From Eledone cirrhosa (taxonomy: Eukaryota): a DNA stretch of 64,000 bases. Shown here piece after piece: positions 56,994 to 64,000 of the stretch (its first letter is position 1; every line of letters begins with the position of its first letter). The notes beneath the pieces are model-generated. The model was not told where the DNA came from. It saw nothing but the letters and a program-made list of their open reading frames with translations, and searched no databases. The position numbers and the translations under genes are program-made. Location of the stretch: contig OZ024743.1 of NCBI GenBank assembly GCA_964016885.1, positions 67,828,001 through 67,892,000 of the forward strand, read 5' to 3'.

Positions 56994-57043
56994 AGTTTAA
57001 GCAAATAATCGCTGCTTTCCCCTTAACCGGATCTTCAGAAACT
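56994..57043 (-). ncRNA. Type I hammerhead ribozyme (family X)
   Basis: AGUUU-CUGAAGA-UCC-GGUUAA-GGG-GAAA-GCA..UGC-UU^AAACU. Confidence 0.75.
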
Positions 57044-57301
57044 GAAAAAAAATCTATGTGTAGACGCAGAAGTAGATATTTCAAAAAACGTTACTGAGAG
57101 AAAACAGGAAGAGAGTACTTTGGTTCGTGAAGATATTCTCTGGAGATAGATGAAACATATGAGAGGATAATTATGTTGATATATTGAGTGTGAAGAACAA
57201 TTTCTTCAAAGCCCAAAACCCGTTTATGGTATAAAAGAAGTCATCAGACTAATGATTTTATAGCATGTATATATTTATAGCATATATATATATATATATA
57301 T

Positions 57302-57386
57302 ATCACATAAGAAACGGAGAATCAGTGGTGCGACGAATAAAATTTAGTATTCGTCGCACCACTGTTTCTCAGTTTCTTATGGGATA
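57302..57386. repeat. Imperfect palindrome inserted in (TA)n
   Basis: cataagaaac.gagaa.cagtggtgcgacgaata / tattcgtcgcaccactg.ttctc.gtttcttatg. Confidence 0.8.
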
Positions 57387-57523
57387 TATATATATATATA
57401 TATAAGTTGAAAAAAAAAAAAATGAAAACGAAATTTCATTTCTCACTCTTAGTATGGTACTTACTTAAATGTAAGTATGTATGTATACGTACATACATAT
57501 ATGTATACGTACGCACAGTAGCA

Positions 57524-57619
<96 letters not shown>

Positions 57620-58119
57620 CATACAGGTACACATACATATATGCACGCATCAGTTGAGCGGACGCTTATTATAACGCCGCTTTGTTCGTTTGTAAACAAA
57701 ACTGAACAGCCTGAATTTATGCCATACGGTGTTAAGGCAACCACGTCACCTTTTTGTTCAACACTGACACAGGAACGATGTACCAGGTTCAAGCTTGTTA
57801 GCTATCATCAGCACCGTTTACCCATCTGCCAGATAGTTGAACGTTCGAAAGTATATACTTTCCTTATGAAAATTAACGGCTGAGCAGCCTAATTTGCATG
57901 ATGAGTGAGTTAAATCGGTCAGGCATACCGAAAACGATAAGTTGAAAAAAAAAAAAAAATGAAAACGAAATTTCATTTCTCACTCTTAGTGATATATATA
58001 TATATATGAACCTAAGAGTTTCCCGGGGTCAGGAATAAGCAGAAGAGAGATATTGAGCGGGTCTAAATGCTTATAAACGCACGTGTGGAAGTATATCTAT
58101 ATAACTCTGGGTATATCTC

Positions 58120-61100
58120 TGATATTTATGGTCGATAATGTAGTTGTGATGGTAGTGATGGCCGTGTTAGTTGTGATATTTGTGGTGGATAATGTAGTTG
58201 TGATGGTAGTTGTGGCCGTGTTAGTTGTGATATTTGTGGTGGATAATGTAGTTGTGATAGAAGTCGTGGCCGTGTTAGTTGTGATATTTGTGGTGGATAA
58301 TGTAGTTGTGATGGTAGTGGTGGCCGTGTTAGTTGTGATATTTGTGGTGGATAATGTAGTTGTGATGGTAGTGGTGGACGTGTTAGTTGTGATATTTGTG
58401 GTGGATAATGTAGTTGTGATTGTTGTGGTGGCCGTGTTAGTTGTGATATTTGTGGTGGATAATGTAGTTGTAATGTTAGTGGTGGCCGTGTTAGTTGTGA
58501 TATTTGTGGTGGATAATGTAGTTGTGATGGTTGTGGTGGATAATGTAGTTGTGATGGTAGTGATGGACGTGTTAGTTGTGATATTTGTGGTGGATAATGT
58601 AGTTGTAATGGTTGTGGTGGATAATGTAGTTGTGATGGTAGTGGTGGACGTGTTAGTTGTGATATTTTTGGTGGATAATGTAGTTGTGATTGTTGTGGTG
58701 GCCGTGTTAGTTGTGATATTTGTGGTGGATAATGTAGTTGTGATATTTGTGGTGGATAATGTAGTTGTAATGTTAGTGGTGGCCGTGTTAGTTGTGATAT
58801 TTGTGGTGGATAATGTAGTTGTGATGGTTGTGGTGGATAATGTAGTTGTGATGGTAGTGGTGGACTTGTTAGTTGTGATATTTGTGGTGGATAATGTAGT
58901 TGTGATTGTAGTGGTGGCCGTGTTAGTTGTGATATTTGTGGTGGATAATGTAGTTGTAATCTTAGTGGTGGCCGTGTTAGTTGTGATATTTGTGGTGGAT
59001 AATGTAGTTGTGATGGTAGTGGTGGCTGTGTTAGTTGTGATATTTGTGGTGGATAATGTAGTTGTGATGGTAGTGGTGGCCGTGTTAGTTGTGATATTTG
59101 TGGTGGATAATGTAGTTGTGATGTTAGTGGTGGCCGTGTTAGTTGTGATATTTGTGGTGGATAATGTAGTTGTGATGGTAGTGGTGGATAATGTAGTTGT
59201 GATGGTAGTGGTGGCCGTGTTAGTTGTGATATTTGTGGTGGATAATGTAGTTGTGATGGTAGTGGTGGACGTGTTAGTTATGATATTTGTGGTGGATAAT
59301 GTAGTTGTGATGGTAGTGGTGGCGTGTTAGTTGTGATATTTGTGGTGGATAATGTAGTTGTGATAGTTGTGGTGGATAATGTAGTTGTGATGGTAGTGGT
59401 GGATAATGTAGTTGTGATGGTTGTGGTGGATAATTTAGTTGTGATGGTTGTGGTGGATAATGTAGTTGTGATGGTTGTGGTGGCCGTGTTAGTTGTGATA
59501 TTTGTGGTGGATAATGTAGTTGTGATGGTTGTGGTGGATAATGTAGTTGTGATGGTAGTAGTGGCTGTGTTAGTTGTGATATTTGTGGTGAATAATGTAG
59601 TTGTGATGGTTGTGGTGGCCGTGTTAGTTGTGATATTTGTGGTGGATAATGTAGTTGTGATGGTAGTGGTTGCTGTGTTAGTTGTGATATTTGTGGTGGA
59701 TAATATAGTTGTGATGGTAGTGGTGGCTGTGTTAGTTGTGATATTTGTGGTGGATAATGTAGTTGTGATGGTTGTGGTGGATAATGTAGTTGTGATGGTA
59801 GTGGTGGATAATGTAGTTGTGATGGTTGTGGTGGATAATTTAGTTGTGATGGTTGTGGTGGATAATGTAGTTGTGATGGTTGTGGTGGCCGTGTTAGTTG
59901 TGATATTTGTGGTGGATAATGTTGTTGTGATGGTTGTGGTGGATAATGTAGTTGTGATGGTAGTGGTGGCTGTGTTAGTTGTGATATTTGTGGTGGATAA
60001 TGTAGTTGTGTTGGTTGTGGTGGCCGTGTTAGTTGTGATATTTGTGGTGGATAATGTAGTTGTGATGGTAGTGGATGCTGTGTTAGTTGTGATATTTGTG
60101 GTGGATAATGTAGTTGTGATGGTAGTGGTGGCTGTGTTAGTTCTGATATTTGTGGTGGATAATGTAGTTGTGATGGTAGTGGTGGACGTGTTAGTTGTGA
60201 TATTTGTGGTGGAAAATGTAGTTGTGATGGTAGTGGTGGACGTGTTAGTTGTGATATTTGTGGTGGATAATGTAGTTGTGATGGTTGTGGTGGATAATGT
60301 AGTTGTGATGGTAGTGGTGGACGTGTTATTTGTGATATTTGTGGTGGATAATGTACTTGTGATGGTAGTGGTGGCCGTGTTAGTTGTGATATTTGTGGTG
60401 GATAATCTAGTTGTGATGGTAGTCGTGGCCGTGTTAGTTGTGATATTTGTGGTGGATAATGTAGTTGTGATGGTTGTGGTGGATAATGTAGTTGTGATGG
60501 TAGTGGTGGCCCTGTTAGTTGTGATATTTGTGGTGGATAATGTAGTTGTGATGGTTGTGGTGGCCGTGTTATTTGTGATATTTGTTGTGGATAATGTAGT
60601 TGTGATGGCTGTGGTGGATAATGTAGTTGTGATGGTAGTGGTGGACGTGTTAGTTGTGATATTTGTGGTGGATAATGTAGTTGTGATTGTTGTGGTGGCC
60701 TTGTTAGTTGTGATATTTGTGGTGGATAATGTAGTTGTGATGGTTGTGGTGGATAATGTAGTTGTGATGTTAGTGGTGGCCGTGTTAGTTGTGATATTTG
60801 TGGTGGATAATGTAGTTGTAATGGTAGTGGTGGCCGCGTTAGTTGTGATATTTGTGGTGGATAATGTAGTTGTGATGGTAGTGGTGGACGTGTTAGTTGT
60901 GATATTTGTGGTGGATTATGTAGTTGTGATTGTTGTGGTGGCCGTGTTAGTTGTGATATTTGTGGTGGATAATGTAGTTGTAATGTTAGTGGTGGCCGTG
61001 TTAGTTGTGATATTTGTGGTGGATAATGTAGTTGTGATGGTTGTGGTGGATAATGTAGTTGTGATGGTAGTGGTGGACGTGTTAGTTGTGATATTTGTGG

Positions 61101-64000
61101 TGGATAATGTAGTTGTGATGGTTGTGGTGGTTAATGTAGTTGTGATGGTAGTGGTGAACGTGTTAGTTGTGATATTTGTGGTGGATAATGTAGTTGTGAT
61201 GGTAGTGGTGGCGTGTTAGTTGTGATATTTGTGGTGGATAATGTAGTTGTGATGGTTGTGGTGGATAATGTAGTTGTGATGGTAGTGGTGGATAATGTAG
61301 TTGTGATGGTTGTGGTGGCCGTGTTAGTTGTGATATTTGTGGTGGATAATGTAGTTGTGATGGTTGTGCTGGATAATGTAGTTGTGATGGTAGTGGTGGA
61401 CGTGTTAGTTGTGATATTTGTGGTGGATAATGTAGTTGTGATGTTTGTGGTGGCCGTGTTAGTTGTGATATTTGTGGTGGATAAGGTTGTTGTGATGGTT
61501 GTCGTGGATAATGTAGTTGTGATGGTAGTGGTGGCTGTGTTAGTTGTGATATTTGTGGTGAATAATGTAGTTGTGATGGTTGTGGTTGCTGTGTTAGTTG
61601 TGATATTTGTGGTGGATAATATAGTTGTGATGGTAGTGGTGGCTCTGTTAGTTGTGATATTTGTGGTGGATAATGTAGTTGTGATGGTAGTGGTGGACGT
61701 GTTAGTTGTGATATTTGTGGTGGATAATGTTGTTGTGATGGTTGTGGTGGATAATGTAGTTGTGATGGTAGTGGTGGACGTGTTAGCTGTGATATTTGTT
61801 GTGGATAATGTAGTTGTAATGGTAGTGCTGGCCGTGTTAGTTGTGATATTTGTGGTGGATAATGTTGTTGTGATGGTTGTGGTGGATAATGTAGTTGTGA
61901 TGGTAGTGGTGGCTGTGTTATTTGTGATATTTGTGGTGGATAATGTAGTTGTGATGGTAGAGGTGGTGGACGTGTTAGTTGTGATATTTGTGGTGGATAA
62001 TGTTGTTGTGACGGTAGTGGTGGCTGTGTTAGTTGTGATATTTGTGGTGGATAATGTAGTTGTGATGTTTGTGGTGGCCGTGTTAGTTGTGATATTTGTG
62101 GTGGATAATGTAGTTGTGATGGTAGTGGTGGCTGTGTTAGTTGTGATATTTGTGGTGGATAATGTAGTTGTGATGGTAGTGGTGGCTGTGTTAGTTGTGA
62201 TATTTGTGGTGGATAATGCAGTTGTGTTGGTAGTGGTGGACGTGTTAGTTGTGATATTTGTGGTGTATAATGTAGTTGTGATGGTTGTGGTGGATAATGT
62301 AGTTGTTATGGTAGTGGTGGACGTGTTATTTGTGATATTTGTGGTGGATAATGTAGTTGTGATGGAAGTGGTGGCCGTGTTAGTTGTGATATTTGTGGTG
62401 GATAATGTAGTTGTGATGGTAGTCGTGGCCGTGTTAGTTGTGATATTTGTGGAGGATAATGTAGTTGTGATGGTTGTGGTGGATAATGTAGTTGTGATGG
62501 TAGTGGTGGACGTGTTATTTGTGATATTTGTGGTGGATAATATAGTTGTGATGGTAGTGGTGGCCGTGTTAGTTGTGATATTTGTGGTGGATAATGTAGT
62601 TGTGATGGTAGTCGTGGCCGTGTTAGTTGTGATATTTGTGGTGGATAATGTAGTTGTGATGGTTGTGGTGGCCGTGTTATTTGTGATATTTGTGGTGGAT
62701 AATGTAGTCGTGATGGTTGTGGTGGATAATGTAGTTGTGATGGTAGTGGTGGACGTGTTAGTTGTGATATTTGTGGTGGATAATGTAGTTGTGATTGTTG
62801 TGGTGGCCTTGTTAGTTGTGATATTTGTGGTGGAAAATGTAGTTGTAATGTTAGTGATGGCCGTGTTAGTTGTGATATTTGTGGTGGATAATGTAGTTGT
62901 GATGGTTGTGGTGGCTGTGTTAGTTGTGATATTTGTGGTGAATAATGTAGTTGTGATGGTTGTGGTGGCCGTGTTAGTTGGGATATTTGTGGTGGATAAT
63001 GTAGTTGTGATGGTAGTGGTTGCTGTGTTAGTTGTGATATTTGTGGATAATATAGTTGTGATGGTAGTGGTGGCTGTGTTAGTTGTGATATTTGTGGTGG
63101 ATAATGTAGTTGTGATGGTAGTGGTGGACGTGTTAGTTGTGATATTTGTGGTGGATAATGTTGTTGTGATGGTTGTGGTGGATAATGTAGCTGTGATGGT
63201 AGTGGCGGCTGTGTTAGTTGTGATATTTGTGGTGGATAATGTAGTTGTGATGGTTGTGGTGGCCGTGTTAGTTGTGATATTTGTGGTGGATAATGTAGTT
63301 GTGATGGTAGTGGATGCTGTGTTAGTTGTGATATTTGTGGTGGATAATGTAGTTGTGATGGTAGTGGTGGCTGTGTTAGTTCTGATATTTGTGGTGGATA
63401 ATGTAGTTGTGATGGTAGTGGTGGACGTGTTAGTTGTGATATTTGTGGTAGACAATGTAGTTGTGATGGTAGTGGTGGACGTGATAGTTGTGATATTTGT
63501 GGTGGATAATGTAGTTGTGATGGTTGTGGTGGATAATGTAGTTGTGATGGTAGTGGCGGCTGTGTTATTTGTGATATTTGTGGTGGATAATGTAGTTGTG
63601 ATGGTAGTGGTGGCCGTGTTAGTTGTGATATTTGTGGTGGATAATGTAGTTGTGATGGTTGTGGTGGATAATGTAGTTGTGATGTTAGTGGTGGCCCTGT
63701 TAGTTGTGATATTTGTTGTGGATAATGTAGTTGTGATGGTTGTGGTGGCCGTGTTATTTGTGATATTTGTGGTGGATAATGTAGTTGTGATGGCTGTGGT
63801 GGATAATGTAGTTGTGATGGTAGTGGTGGACGTGTTAGTTGAGATATTTGTGGTGGATAATGTAGTTGTGATTGTTGTGGTGGCCTTGTTAGTTGTGATA
63901 TTTGTGGTGGATAATGTAGTTGTAATGTTAGTGGTGGCCGTGTTAGTTGTGATATTTGTGGTGGATAATGTAGTTGTGATGGTAGTGGTGGCCGTGTTAG
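58120..64000. repeat. Minisatellite of 45-bp and 24-bp units, running off the window end
   Basis: gtggtggataatgtagttgtgatggtagtggtggccgtgttagttgtgatattt core; the same 1-nt deletion at ~59323 and ~61212 indicates a ~1.9-kb higher-order repeat. Confidence 0.95.

Overview
AT-rich, microsatellite-dense eukaryotic DNA. The SINE types, (TA)n/(CA)n/(GA)n load and PLE content resemble an octopod cephalopod genome (inference, not verified). No host protein-coding gene can be supported. The window is dominated by Penelope-like retroelements (PLEs, RT plus C-terminal GIY-YIG). These include a near full-length Naiad-type copy (8.8-15.0 kb), further Naiad-type copies (1.6-3.4, 46.5-50.7, 53.5-56.4 kb, fragment at 6.9-7.3 kb), two Penelope/Poseidon-type copies (19.5-21.6, 30.4-33.3 kb), a Neptune-type copy (43.0-45.3 kb), and many ORF-less fold-back remnants of PLE ends. 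Almost all sit inside (TA)n tracts and carry type I hammerhead ribozyme (HHR) motifs: about 25 intact or decayed copies from roughly 10 sequence families, read by eye. Main new observation: insertions have two unequal inverted arms, and each arm ends at a TA a few nucleotides 5' of a small covarying bulged hairpin, RCUC-[stem-loop]-UN-GAGY(GCUU). The full-length element carries this hairpin twice in tandem, once behind each arm end-point, which suggests an RNA-encoded twin-priming signal for integration into (TA)n. Also present: LINE remnants (R4/Dong-like, RTE-like), SINEs, a Helitron-like 3' end and three large satellites. Most ORFs in the supplied track are simple-repeat artefacts.
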